Of a stretch of 40,539 nt of DNA, positions 6,727 through 15,093 are shown in pieces. How positions within the stretch are numbered: position 1 is the stretch's first letter; the number at the start of each line of letters is the position of its first letter. The stretch is taken from NCBI GenBank assembly GCA_964374125.1, contig CAYJXL010000003.1, positions 1 through 40,539 of the forward strand. The letters run 5' to 3'. This DNA is from Candidatus Woesearchaeota archaeon. GTDB taxonomy: Archaea > Nanobdellota > Nanobdellia > SCGC-AAA011-G17 > UBA489. The notes under the pieces are model-generated. The model was not told the origin of the DNA and searched no databases. It saw nothing but the letters and a program-made list of their open reading frames with translations. The position numbers and the translations under genes are program-made.

Positions 6727-7296
6727 ATGATACATATGGTTCAAAATAAGACCAATCTGGAATTAGAAATAATCCTTGCCTTATTAAAGAATAAAGCCCA
6801 TTTGAGAGGCATGGCAAGGACGCTCAATGAGTCGCATTCAACAGTCTTAAGAAAAATCAACGAGCTTCTCAAAAAGAACGTGCTGGACTACAAGAAAGAG
6901 GGCAGAAACAAGGTATTCTTTATTAAAAACAACTTAACGGCAAAAAATTACGTCTACTCTGCTGAGATTTATAAACTCTCAAAGATAATAGAAAAATACC
7001 GGGAGCTGAGCATAATCTTTGAGGACATCAAAAGACAATTTCAAAAAGGCATGATTATCTTGTTTGGCAGCTATGCAAAAGGGAATCCAAGGCAGGAAAG
7101 CGATATTGACATTTATCTCGAAACAACAGGCAGCGAGATCAAGAGCCGATTGCAGGAACTAAACTCAAAGCTGAGCATAAAGACTGGCAGGTTTGACGTG
7201 AGGTCGCTATTAATCAAAGAAATAATGAAGAATCATGTTATCATAAGAGGAGTAGAGGAATTCTATGAACGAAATGAATTTTTTAAGGAAGCTTAA
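6727..7296 (+). CDS. wHTH plus minimal nucleotidyltransferase (MNT antitoxin-like)
   Basis: NTase motif ILFGSYAKGNPRQESDIDIYLE preceded by a wHTH (RGMARTLNESHSTVLRKINELL). The start may be the ATG at 6736, which sits 27 nt from TATA CTTTTATAC (6705-6713). Confidence 0.8.
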   Translation: MIHMVQNKTNLELEIILALLKNKAHLRGMARTLNESHSTVLRKINELLKKNVLDYKKEGRNKVFFIKNNLTAKNYVYSAEIYKLSKIIEKYRELSIIFEDIKRQFQKGMIILFGSYAKGNPRQESDIDIYLETTGSEIKSRLQELNSKLSIKTGRFDVRSLLIKEIMKNHVIIRGVEEFYERNEFFKEA

Positions 7297-7759
7297 AAAT
7301 GAAGGCAAAATAGAGCTCGTCGAGCCGTCAGAGGAAATGAGATTGTCGTATCTCAAGAAATCTGAAGACTGCCTTATATCTGCAAAGATACTTCTTCAAA
7401 ATCAACTATACGAAAATTCCACATCAGAAGCTTATTATGGCATGTATAACGCCCTGCTCGCTCTTTTGTTCACAGTTGGAATAAAATCAGAGAATCATTC
7501 AGCATCGCTTCTCATCTTTAAGAACCTGTTTCACGAAGAAAGGCTGTACAAACTGGCCTCTCATGCTAAAGAAGAAAGAATAGACAAGCAGTATTATGTG
7601 GAAGCGCAGCAGGCGTCAAAAGCCAGCAAGGAGTCCTGCAGCGACATAGTCCTGAAAACAGAGGAATTCTTTGTTAAAATGAAGCTGCTGATCAGTCAGA
7701 TGAATAACGAAAAAACGAATGCTGCAAGGATCTCATTTCAGGAATTGTTTACGCAGTGA
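7265..7759 (+). CDS. HEPN-domain protein (toxin-like partner of MNT)
   Basis: Overlaps the MNT gene by 32 nt. All-helical HEPN-like sequence (LISAKILLQNQLYENSTSEAYYGMYNALLALLF...). The MNT-HEPN gene order is typical. Confidence 0.7.
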   Translation: MNEMNFLRKLKNEGKIELVEPSEEMRLSYLKKSEDCLISAKILLQNQLYENSTSEAYYGMYNALLALLFTVGIKSENHSASLLIFKNLFHEERLYKLASHAKEERIDKQYYVEAQQASKASKESCSDIVLKTEEFFVKMKLLISQMNNEKTNAARISFQELFTQ

Positions 7760-7784
7760 TTACCAACATCGCGCTTCGTGGTCA

Positions 7785-7936
7785 TTAAAACAACGCAATC
7801 GCTTTCTGAATCGCTTCAACAGTCTTTAACTTCTGTAACGCATTCGTAGTTGCGAACTGCCTTCCAGCCATTTCGTAAGATTCATAGTCAACTCTCGCAC
7901 CGTCCTCATGCATGGTCGATGTGCCAGCTCAGACAT
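7785..7936 (-). pseudogene. Frameshifted copy of the 49-aa small ORF
   Basis: Reads MSELAHRPCMRTVRELTMNLTKWLEGSSQLRMR, then needs a 1-nt shift to continue LQKLKTVEAIQKAIALF, colinear with the 6524-6673 product. Confidence 0.45.
7801..7929. repeat. Diverged direct repeat, right copy
   Basis: See 6543-6672. Confidence 0.6.
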
Positions 7937-7949
7937 GCCTAAAAAAGTT

Positions 7950-8630
7950 TCACGTCGGTTTCTTCCGTAAGCTTACCGCACGCTCCTTTGACCAGATAAT
8001 CGCGTTCTCTGTAATCTTAATCTTTTGTGGACAGTTCTGTGAACAACAGCGCGTTACGTTGCAGTTCCACAAGCCTTCTTTTTCCAAGAGTGAAGCACGC
8101 TCAGCCTTTTCGTAGGGATGCTTGTCAAATGACGTAGCTTTCACAATGTTCATTGGCCCAGTGAACTTGAGATTCTGATGATTTCGAATAACGTGGCAGC
8201 TGTCGTAACAAATAAAGCAGTCAATGCATCGTCGCATCTCCTGCGCCTCTTTAATCTCTTTATCCTGAATGGAGAACAATCCTTTTTTGTTGTTGCCAGT
8301 GAAATAAGGCTTCAAGCGCGTCAGCTTTTCGTAAACCTCCTTCGGATCAGTGACAAGATCCTTGATGATGGGAAATACTTTTAATGGCAAAATAGAAATC
8401 GCCTTCATTGCTTCAGTAATCTCGGCTTTGCACATCAAGACCGGCTTCCCATTCACTTCGGCTGCACAGCTTCCACAAATTCCTTCGCCGCAATTCCACC
8501 GGAATGCAAGATCTGGTTCGCTGTTTTCCTGGATATAAAAGAGAGCATCAAGCACCATCATTTTCTTCGAGAATGGAACCGCATATTCTTTTGTCCCATC
8601 ACTTCTTTTGATGAATATCTTAATTTTCAT
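7950..8630 (-). CDS. sdhB: Succinate dehydrogenase/fumarate reductase iron-sulfur subunit
   Basis: 2Fe-2S motif CGEGICGSCA...C. 4Fe-4S/3Fe-4S motifs CIDCFICYDSC and CNVTRCCSQNCP. ATGA overlap with sdhA. Confidence 0.9.
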   Translation of the reverse strand: MKIKIFIKRSDGTKEYAVPFSKKMMVLDALFYIQENSEPDLAFRWNCGEGICGSCAAEVNGKPVLMCKAEITEAMKAISILPLKVFPIIKDLVTDPKEVYEKLTRLKPYFTGNNKKGLFSIQDKEIKEAQEMRRCIDCFICYDSCHVIRNHQNLKFTGPMNIVKATSFDKHPYEKAERASLLEKEGLWNCNVTRCCSQNCPQKIKITENAIIWSKERAVSLRKKPT

Positions 8631-10330
8631 AAAAACCTCCGCAACTGTTCAGGGATTTCCGGTACTGAACGAGTGAATAACATCATGCTTCTGCCTTGTG
8701 TTTTCATTAGGATGTTCTTGAGCCAGCCCTTGTCGTTCTTATTAGGGTAATCCGCACGGAAATGCGCGCCCCTGCTCTCCTTTCGGAGCAATGCTGACCG
8801 AACAATCGCCTCGCATGTTGGAATCATCACTAAAACGTCAATATACTGCATCCAGTCGTGGTTGTATGGTTGGGAGCCGGTGACCTTGACGTTTTTCAGC
8901 ATGCGTTTGATTCTCTGCAATTCCCGTGCCGCACGCTGCAGCGACCTCTTGTCTCTCACGATGCCGACGTTATGCCACATTACATCCTGTAGCTTTTTCT
9001 TGAGAGCAATTGGCCGTACGCCCTTGCGCTTTGAAAACGGTGCAATTAAACGTTTCCACTCTTCTTTTATGACGTTCGCTTGGATTTTCTTTTGCTTCTT
9101 TATTGCGTGCCTTGCCGCATAGTACCCTGCTCTCTTACCGAACACCAAGATATCAGCGAGCGAATTCCCCCCCAAACGATTTGCGCCATGAACGCCTGCT
9201 GTTACCTCACCTGCCGCAAACAACCCTTTTACATCACTCTTACACGTTTCCGGATCAACAACAATGCCACCCATCGCATAGTGCGCTGTAGGAGCAACTT
9301 CCATTTTTTCTTTTGTGATATCAATGTTTGCGAAGTCATTGAACTTGTCAATCATCTTCGGCAATTTCTTCTCGATAAATGCTCGTGGTTTTTGCGAGAT
9401 ATCGAGCCACACACCGTTATGCTTCGTGCCTCGACCGGCTTCAATTTCATGGAAGATTGCTCGCGCAACAACGTCCCGGGTGCTTAGTTCCATGCGCTTT
9501 GGATCATATTTCTTCATAAAACGCTCTCCCTTTGCGTTTACAAGTATTCCACCCTCACCGCGGACAGATTCGGTAACGAGGACGCCTTCGACTGTTTCTG
9601 GATAGACCATGCCTGTTGGATGAAACTGAATCATTTCCATGTCCTGCACGAGCGCACCAGCACCTAATGCGAGCGCATACCCATCGCCGACAGTTTCCCA
9701 CGCATTCGTGCTCCTCCTGTAAACTCTTGCGAGTCCGCCTGCAGCTAAGATGACTGCCTTGCAGCCAATGACCATAAGTTCACCGGTGCGCAATGATATT
9801 CCAAGAGCACCAATGATTGTGCTATTTCTCTTGACTAATTTCGTGATAGTGCATTCCTCGAGGTTGGCGATGAGCTTGCTTCTTTTTCTGACCTCCGCCA
9901 TAAGAACTTGCATAATCTCCAGTCCAGTTCGGTCTGCAATATGACATGCTCTTCGGTAACGGTGGCCTCCAAAAGGACGCTGCATGATCTTGCCGTCTTC
10001 TGTCCGATCGAAGATCGCGCCATAGCCCTCGAGATCATTGATGATCTTTGGAGCCTCCTTTGCAAGAATCTCGACCATCTTCCAATTGTTGATGTACTGG
10101 CCCTCGATGATGGTGTCAGCAAAGTGCACCTTCCAGTTGTCCTGCGGGTCAAGGTTTCCCAAGGCTGCGTTGATGCCTCCTTCTGCCATAACAGTGTGGG
10201 CCTTTCCCAACAGCGTCTTGCCAACGATGAGCACCTTTTTTTTCTGGTCTGCTGCTGCAATCGCTGCTCGTAATCCAGCGCCACCGGTACCAATGATCAG
10301 GACGTCTGTGGCGTACTTTATTGTTTTCAT
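8627..10330 (-). CDS. sdhA: Succinate dehydrogenase/fumarate reductase flavoprotein subunit
   Basis: FAD fold DVLIIGTGGAGLRAAI, KAHTVMAEGG (FAD-linking His region), HPTG, RGEGG, and a C-terminal ESRGAHFR motif. Confidence 0.9.
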   Translation of the reverse strand: MKTIKYATDVLIIGTGGAGLRAAIAAADQKKKVLIVGKTLLGKAHTVMAEGGINAALGNLDPQDNWKVHFADTIIEGQYINNWKMVEILAKEAPKIINDLEGYGAIFDRTEDGKIMQRPFGGHRYRRACHIADRTGLEIMQVLMAEVRKRSKLIANLEECTITKLVKRNSTIIGALGISLRTGELMVIGCKAVILAAGGLARVYRRSTNAWETVGDGYALALGAGALVQDMEMIQFHPTGMVYPETVEGVLVTESVRGEGGILVNAKGERFMKKYDPKRMELSTRDVVARAIFHEIEAGRGTKHNGVWLDISQKPRAFIEKKLPKMIDKFNDFANIDITKEKMEVAPTAHYAMGGIVVDPETCKSDVKGLFAAGEVTAGVHGANRLGGNSLADILVFGKRAGYYAARHAIKKQKKIQANVIKEEWKRLIAPFSKRKGVRPIALKKKLQDVMWHNVGIVRDKRSLQRAARELQRIKRMLKNVKVTGSQPYNHDWMQYIDVLVMIPTCEAIVRSALLRKESRGAHFRADYPNKNDKGWLKNILMKTQGRSMMLFTRSVPEIPEQLRRFL

Positions 10331-10331
10331 C

Positions 10332-10967
10332 TCAAAATGTTCCCGGGATTGCCTTGAGGATTGAGTTGGTATCGACTGCGACCAATACGAAGCGCATGAG
10401 CGCTGGAATGATGGTTGACCAAAAAAAGGCGTTGTGATACTGATTGAGCGACGTTAACCTGTTATAAACGCTGTAGCTTATCCATCTCTTGTGCGCAAGC
10501 CTCTCGATGAAGTATCTGAAATGATAGCATGTCACTAAATAGAGGATCGCAGAAACCAAATAGACACCCTCGCTTATTGTGATCCAGAGGTCTAAGCCTG
10601 AGGATTTTGTGATCGTGCTGAGCGATGGACCTATCTCGCCGATGTGGATAAATGTTAAGATGAATGTTCCCCAGAAGAAGTAGCGGTGGCGCTGCTTGAG
10701 CCAGCCTTCTGGTTTGTAACAGTCTGAACAATCAGCAAGACATTTTGAAGGTTGTCGCGAAATGCGCCTTCCTGAAAAGAACCTGACATAATAGCATGAA
10801 TAAACCATCAGGAGAAAGAATATCGGATGAATCCAGTCGTGTATCAGAAAAACCTGATACCAGACACTTGTTTTTTCGATGCTTGGTTTGGCATGCTCGG
10901 CATGCGCTGCGACAATCTGCATGCATACTACAAGAATGAATATAAAGAATACCCCTCTTTTTACCAT
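10332..10967 (-). CDS. Polytopic membrane protein, candidate non-canonical anchor for SdhAB
   Basis: Stop codon is 1 nt from the sdhA start. About 5 hydrophobic helices carrying His residues (HDWIHP, FIHIGE, CYHFRY) and a CLADCSDC cluster. I recognise no SdhC/D, SdhE/F or FrdC/D signature. Confidence 0.6.
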   Translation of the reverse strand: MVKRGVFFIFILVVCMQIVAAHAEHAKPSIEKTSVWYQVFLIHDWIHPIFFLLMVYSCYYVRFFSGRRISRQPSKCLADCSDCYKPEGWLKQRHRYFFWGTFILTFIHIGEIGPSLSTITKSSGLDLWITISEGVYLVSAILYLVTCYHFRYFIERLAHKRWISYSVYNRLTSLNQYHNAFFWSTIIPALMRFVLVAVDTNSILKAIPGTF

Positions 10968-10987
10968 GCTGTGAAACCATCCAATGT

Positions 10988-11929
10988 CTATAATAACTTT
11001 TCGGAGTGTAGGAATGACGCAAAGAGCTGTTGAACATCTGCAGGTGACCTCGTACTTGCGAGACTTGCGCGCAGTTTAGCGCTATTGCCTAAACCTCTTG
11101 TAAAGTCCATTGCGCGTTCCTTCATGATCTTTATTCGCGGACACTTTACAAGCTCGAGGTATTCCTGCAGCAGCTGCAGCTTCTCTTCTCTTGTTTGTTG
11201 TATGATTTCTCCCGTCTCAAAATAGTGCAGGATCTGCTTGAAGATCCATGGGTTGCTCTTCGCGGCACGTCCAATCATGACGTAATCGCATTTTGTGTAT
11301 TCAAGCATTTCCTTTGCTTTTTCTGGTGAGATGACATCGCCATTACCGATGACAGGAATGCTGATGGCCTGTTTTATTTCCTTGATGACGTCCCAATTTG
11401 CTTTTCCTGAATAACCTTGCGCTTGCGTTCTTCCGTGAATGGCGATTGCGGCAGCGCCTGCCTTCTCGAGCATCTTGACAATTTCAAGCGCCTCGACTTT
11501 CTTGAATCCTGAACGCATTTTTACTGTTATTGGTTTTTGGATGCTTGCGACGAGCGTCGCGATAATTTCGTATAACCTCTCTTTTTCCTGAAGCAAGGCA
11601 GAACCATAACCTTGCTGAACGATTTTTTTTGAAGGACAGCCGCAGTTGAGGTCGATGATATCAAAACTCTTTTCAAGCTTTCTTGCCGCTTCAACGAGAA
11701 TATCGGAGTTTCTGCCAAAGAGCTGCAAACCTACCGGCTTATCGTGTTCATTCGTCTTCGCAAGTTCTAGTGTTTTCTTGTTTTCACGAACGATCGCAAG
11801 CGATGAGAGCTGCTCTGTGTACGCCAGTGATGATCCATATCTTCGACAGAGCAACCTGAATGGGAGATCGGTCACTTCAGCCATTGGCGCCAGAATAAGC
11901 TTATTTTTTAGCTTTGGGAAGCTTTTCAT
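10988..11929 (-). CDS. dus: tRNA-dihydrouridine synthase
   Basis: Reads MKSFPKLKNKLILAPMAEVTDLPFRLLCRRYG...NCGCP...AIHGRT (Dus family) from the Met at 11929. The upstream 21 codons overlap the preceding gene. Confidence 0.85.
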   Translation of the reverse strand: MKSFPKLKNKLILAPMAEVTDLPFRLLCRRYGSSLAYTEQLSSLAIVRENKKTLELAKTNEHDKPVGLQLFGRNSDILVEAARKLEKSFDIIDLNCGCPSKKIVQQGYGSALLQEKERLYEIIATLVASIQKPITVKMRSGFKKVEALEIVKMLEKAGAAAIAIHGRTQAQGYSGKANWDVIKEIKQAISIPVIGNGDVISPEKAKEMLEYTKCDYVMIGRAAKSNPWIFKQILHYFETGEIIQQTREEKLQLLQEYLELVKCPRIKIMKERAMDFTRGLGNSAKLRASLASTRSPADVQQLFASFLHSEKLL

Positions 11930-12227
11930 TCTTGTTCTTTGAAGACGTCCCGGTTGCCTTGTACTCCTCGACAACCTTCTTGAAGGCTTCAACCTGTCTT
12001 TGAGTTAGCATGCCGGTGCGGATATAATGCGACTTGATGCTTCTGAGGAACTGGTTTTCATCGTACCATTTCTTGTCAATATCGAGCAGACTGCGATAGA
12101 ATGCGTTGCTGATGGGCTTATCGAAGTCCTTCATTTCGCAGTCCTTGCAGATGGGAAATTGACGGGCTGATAACATGAGCACCATGTTCTTCTTGCAGAT
12201 GACGCATCGCTGCTTGAATTTTGCCAT
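11901..12227 (-). CDS. Zinc-ribbon protein, hypothetical
   Basis: CVIC...CKDC motif followed by a basic tail. Overlaps the dus start, so the two look translationally coupled. Confidence 0.5.
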   Translation of the reverse strand: MAKFKQRCVICKKNMVLMLSARQFPICKDCEMKDFDKPISNAFYRSLLDIDKKWYDENQFLRSIKSHYIRTGMLTQRQVEAFKKVVEEYKATGTSSKNKNEKLPKAKK

Positions 12228-12250
12228 TGTAAGAACAACGTCATCTTCTT

Positions 12251-12568
12251 TTAAACCTTATCGGTGGCGCTAAACTCTTCATGCATATCGCAGAACAAGG
12301 AAATGAACTTCTTTGTAGCAATCTCAAGCTCTTTTTTCCCGCGAGGAGTAATCTCGTACTTCTTCTCTTTGCCATGATCGCTTGCTTCTTTGATCCAGCC
12401 GTTGTCGCTTAAGGTTTTGAGGACAGGATAAATAGTGCCCGGGCTTGGTCTGGTGCCTTTTCTTTTGTTAAGCTCTTCTCGAATTTTCTCACCAGACATC
12501 TGCCGCTTCAGGATCATCCGCAGCACAAGAAAGCTGAGGAAACCCTTCATGTCGCAGCATTTTTTCAT
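12251..12568 (-). CDS. padR: PadR-family transcriptional regulator
   Basis: LSFLVLRMILKRQMSGEKIREELNKRKGTRPSPGTIYPVLKTLSDNGWI is a typical PadR wHTH. Confidence 0.85.
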   Translation of the reverse strand: MKKCCDMKGFLSFLVLRMILKRQMSGEKIREELNKRKGTRPSPGTIYPVLKTLSDNGWIKEASDHGKEKKYEITPRGKKELEIATKKFISLFCDMHEEFSATDKV

Positions 12569-12609
12569 AAGACACTTATAACCAACAGCGTATTTAAACG
12601 TTGTGTTAA

Positions 12610-12625
12610 TATCGGATGACCGATA
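12610..12625. promoter_or_regulatory. Palindrome TATCGG-ATGA-CCGATA, candidate PadR operator 1
   Basis: 6-bp arms with a 4-bp spacer. Just upstream of the padR TATA (CGTTTAAATACG on the minus strand, 12589-12600). Confidence 0.5.
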
Positions 12626-12650
12626 CGTTTATATAGAACCTCGGTTTAAC

Positions 12651-12666
12651 TATCGGATAACCGATA
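12651..12666. promoter_or_regulatory. Palindrome TATCGG-ATAA-CCGATA, candidate PadR operator 2
   Basis: Second copy, 41 bp centre-to-centre from the first. Overlaps the predicted start site of the divergent small gene (TATA GTTTATATAG at 12627-12636). Confidence 0.5.
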
Positions 12667-12684
12667 TAACGGAGGTAAACAACA

Positions 12685-12846
12685 ATGCAAAACAACGCCT
12701 GCTGCGGCAGCTATGGTGGCTGCACGCCAAGGAGCTTCCTGACAAAGGAAGAAAAAGTGGAGATGCTTGAGGAGTACAGGCAATCTCTGGAAAAAGAAGC
12801 TCAGGCAGTCTCTGAGCGGATTAAAGACTTACAGAGGGAGAACTAA
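12685..12846 (+). CDS. 53-aa Cys/Gly-rich coiled-coil protein (reminiscent of DUF5320-type small proteins)
   Basis: MQNNACCGSYGGCTPRSFLTKEEKVEMLEEYRQSLEKEAQAVSERIKDLQREN. GGAGGT Shine-Dalgarno at 12671-12676. Below the ORF-track cutoff; the overlapping 12767 track ORF is out of frame. Confidence 0.5.
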   Translation: MQNNACCGSYGGCTPRSFLTKEEKVEMLEEYRQSLEKEAQAVSERIKDLQREN

Positions 12847-12950
12847 CTCCCTTTTTTCTTTGACCATGAGCAAGAATGACCCTCGACGACCAAAACGAGA
12901 GTTTACTAATAAAATTTATCTTGGCATCAATAACGATGGAGGAATAGAAA

Positions 12951-13514
12951 ATGGATTTACCCTGGGGCGATGAAAAAACAACGAAGTTTATTACAAACGT
13001 CGGACTGATTACCAGCGATGGTCCTCACGGTCATAATGTCATGGCTGCAGAATGGACGCATCACGTCTCTTACAGTCCCGGGTTGATTGCTGTTTGTCTT
13101 GGACCAGGAAAAGCAACAACCGATAATATACGAAAGACAAAAGAATTTGGCGTGAGCCTTGCTGCTGTTGACCAATCTGTTTTGTCGAGCGTTGCTGGCG
13201 GATATCATGGCATCCAGCACAACAAAATCAAGGCACTTGAAGAATTAGGCTTCAAGTTTTATCAAAGCAAAAAGATTAAAGCTCTTATGGTGAAAGATGC
13301 TGCATTGAATGTTGAATGTAGACTAATAAAAGAGATCGAACTTGGTGATCATACTATGTTCGTTGGCGAAGTTGTTGAAGCATCTATTTCTGGAAAAGAG
13401 CCACTTGCGTATCATCAGGGAAAATATTTGAAGGTGACAGAAACATTGCCAAAGCCTTCAGATGCTGAACGAGCAAAGATCAAGGGCATCGTTGAAAAGC
13501 ATCGAAAAAACTAA
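12951..13514 (+). CDS. Flavin reductase-like FMN-binding protein
   Basis: TNVGLITSDGPHGHNVMAAEWTHHVSYSPGLIAVCL matches the split-barrel flavin reductase domain. GGAGG Shine-Dalgarno at 12938. Confidence 0.75.
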   Translation: MDLPWGDEKTTKFITNVGLITSDGPHGHNVMAAEWTHHVSYSPGLIAVCLGPGKATTDNIRKTKEFGVSLAAVDQSVLSSVAGGYHGIQHNKIKALEELGFKFYQSKKIKALMVKDAALNVECRLIKEIELGDHTMFVGEVVEASISGKEPLAYHQGKYLKVTETLPKPSDAERAKIKGIVEKHRKN

Positions 13515-13516
13515 TC

Positions 13517-13627
13517 TTATGGCACTCGTCCGGGCGATATCTTCCAGATAATGTACAGAAACAAGAGCATAGCAATGATAATCAATATCAGTGTTACTTT
13601 CTGATACATGTTGTTCTTATTTGACAT
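13517..13627 (-). CDS. 36-aa single-TM peptide
   Basis: MSNKNNMYQKVTLILIIIAMLLFLYIIWKISPGRVP, preceded by GGAGGT 6 nt upstream of the ATG. Confidence 0.35.
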   Translation of the reverse strand: MSNKNNMYQKVTLILIIIAMLLFLYIIWKISPGRVP

Positions 13628-13919
13628 CAGCCAACCTCCAATTGAAGTATTGATAGGTTGCTACGATCATGAAACTGTAGCTTGTCAATAAACTCATGTA
13701 ATCTGCCGTAGTGCTATACCTCGTCAGAGACAGGTAGTAAACAAGTGCCGCAGCCGTTCCAAGGATTGTTAATGTTGTCGATATGACAGTCGCAAGAGTC
13801 GAATATCTTTCGCGCGTTTGTATACTGCTATAATGACAAGGTTCTTAATAAACTTTACCGTCACAATGCTGAAAAGTGCTCGAATATCCTTGAAACTATT
13901 TTATTATGAGCTGAAAAAA

Positions 13920-13992
13920 TGGGCCTGCTCGGATTCGAACCGAGGACCTCAACCGTGTGAAGGTTGCGTCATAGCCGCTAGACTACAGGCCC
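13920..13992 (-). tRNA. tRNA-Val (CAC), no intron
   Basis: GGGCCUG/CAGGCCC acceptor, anticodon stem CAACC/GGUUG with loop UUCACAC, T arm CUCGG-UUCGAAU-CCGAG, discriminator A. No encoded CCA. Confidence 0.9.
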
Positions 13993-15045
13993 GCAGGTGA
14001 TTATATTATCCTTGACCGTGAACTTCACTGGCAGAAACTGTTCGATGAGCCATATATTAGTTTTTGCATGCGTACTTAGATGAGGAATCGCAATCTTGCA
14101 TTCTTTTCCGCTTAAAGCCATGTACACGAGAAGCTGGTCTGCCATGTATTCATCGACGGCGCAATTCATGCGCATTTGCGCTAACAATCCTTTGGCTGCT
14201 TCCTGCCCAACAGCTTCGCTTGCTTTATTTCTTTCGCCTAGCGCGTCCCATGCTATGATGCAGTTTTCGTAGACTGCCTTCAATAGTATTCCACAGCCTG
14301 GATTTAGTGTTTGTTGATATTCCTCAACAATGGAAATTGGCTGATTGATACTGATCGTTTTCTCGGCACTTTCACGGATTCTTTCGCAAACGCGCTTTTT
14401 TCGCAGATCAGAACTCGCAACAACAACGCCCTCGATGCCCAACAATGCTCCGCGTTCAAGCAAGGTTGCACTGCTTGTTTCTTTCACTTTTTTCACGAGA
14501 ACATTGACGTCGGCGCCACCCTTTGGATAAAAACCGTGCCTCTTCGTTGCAATGTGCATCTGAAAGCCAAGCTTCTTCATCATGGGCACAAGTACCTCTT
14601 GAATGTACAGGATATTTGGCGCATGCGTTCCAAATGTTCCGCCGCCAGTAACATGAATGCTGACATCAGATGCCCCATAGAAAGATGGCAATGCCAAGCA
14701 CTGCAGCAGAAGCCCAACGCTGCCAGCGGTTTCGACGTGGACATTTAATTCATTCTTATATTCTGACCTCGGGTGAAAGATAATTTCCGATGAGCCGAGT
14801 TTTGCTCCTTCCAATGAACCATTGCAAAATTCTTTCACGGCCTCAATTGCGCGGAGATGCTGCGTTCGCAAGCCGCTTTCTTTTCTTTGGCTTCGAATGC
14901 TATAGACTCGGACTGGCTTTTGCGCGATACATGAAAGGGCGACGCTCAAGCGGACAATAGAACCGCCCCCCTCCAAGTGATTACCGGGAATTGCCAGCAT
15001 GGACGTTCCTTCGCTTATGGAGCTTAAAATGCTTCCTATAGCCAT
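13978..15045 (-). CDS. rtcA: RNA 3'-terminal phosphate cyclase
   Basis: LEGGGSIVRLSVALSCIAQKPVRVYSIRSQRKESGLRTQHL and overall colinearity with RtcA. An alternative start is the Met at 15000. The last five codons overlap tRNA-Val. Confidence 0.85.
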   Translation of the reverse strand: MAIGSILSSISEGTSMLAIPGNHLEGGGSIVRLSVALSCIAQKPVRVYSIRSQRKESGLRTQHLRAIEAVKEFCNGSLEGAKLGSSEIIFHPRSEYKNELNVHVETAGSVGLLLQCLALPSFYGASDVSIHVTGGGTFGTHAPNILYIQEVLVPMMKKLGFQMHIATKRHGFYPKGGADVNVLVKKVKETSSATLLERGALLGIEGVVVASSDLRKKRVCERIRESAEKTISINQPISIVEEYQQTLNPGCGILLKAVYENCIIAWDALGERNKASEAVGQEAAKGLLAQMRMNCAVDEYMADQLLVYMALSGKECKIAIPHLSTHAKTNIWLIEQFLPVKFTVKDNIITCGPVV

Positions 15046-15093
15046 GGACAGCTGGAGAGATAGCTTTATAACTTATTGCAAAGACGCAGTAGC

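Noticed and set aside
8627-10330. Alternative reading of the flavoprotein as L-aspartate oxidase (NadB)
   Set aside because: Its length (567 aa), the C-terminal ESRGAHFR region and the tightly coupled SdhB-type Fe-S subunit favour an SdhA/FrdA assignment.
8862-10364. Multiple 60-150-aa ORFs on both strands inside sdhA
   Set aside because: They are shadow ORFs of a strongly supported 567-aa flavoprotein gene, with Arg/Ser/Cys-rich nonsense composition.
13628-13860. Roughly 77-codon open frame (minus strand) encoding TM-like ...TLATVISTTLTILGTAAALVYYLSL...
   Set aside because: It has no ATG, GTG or TTG start before the last 25 codons. It might be a decayed membrane gene, but I cannot support it as a feature.
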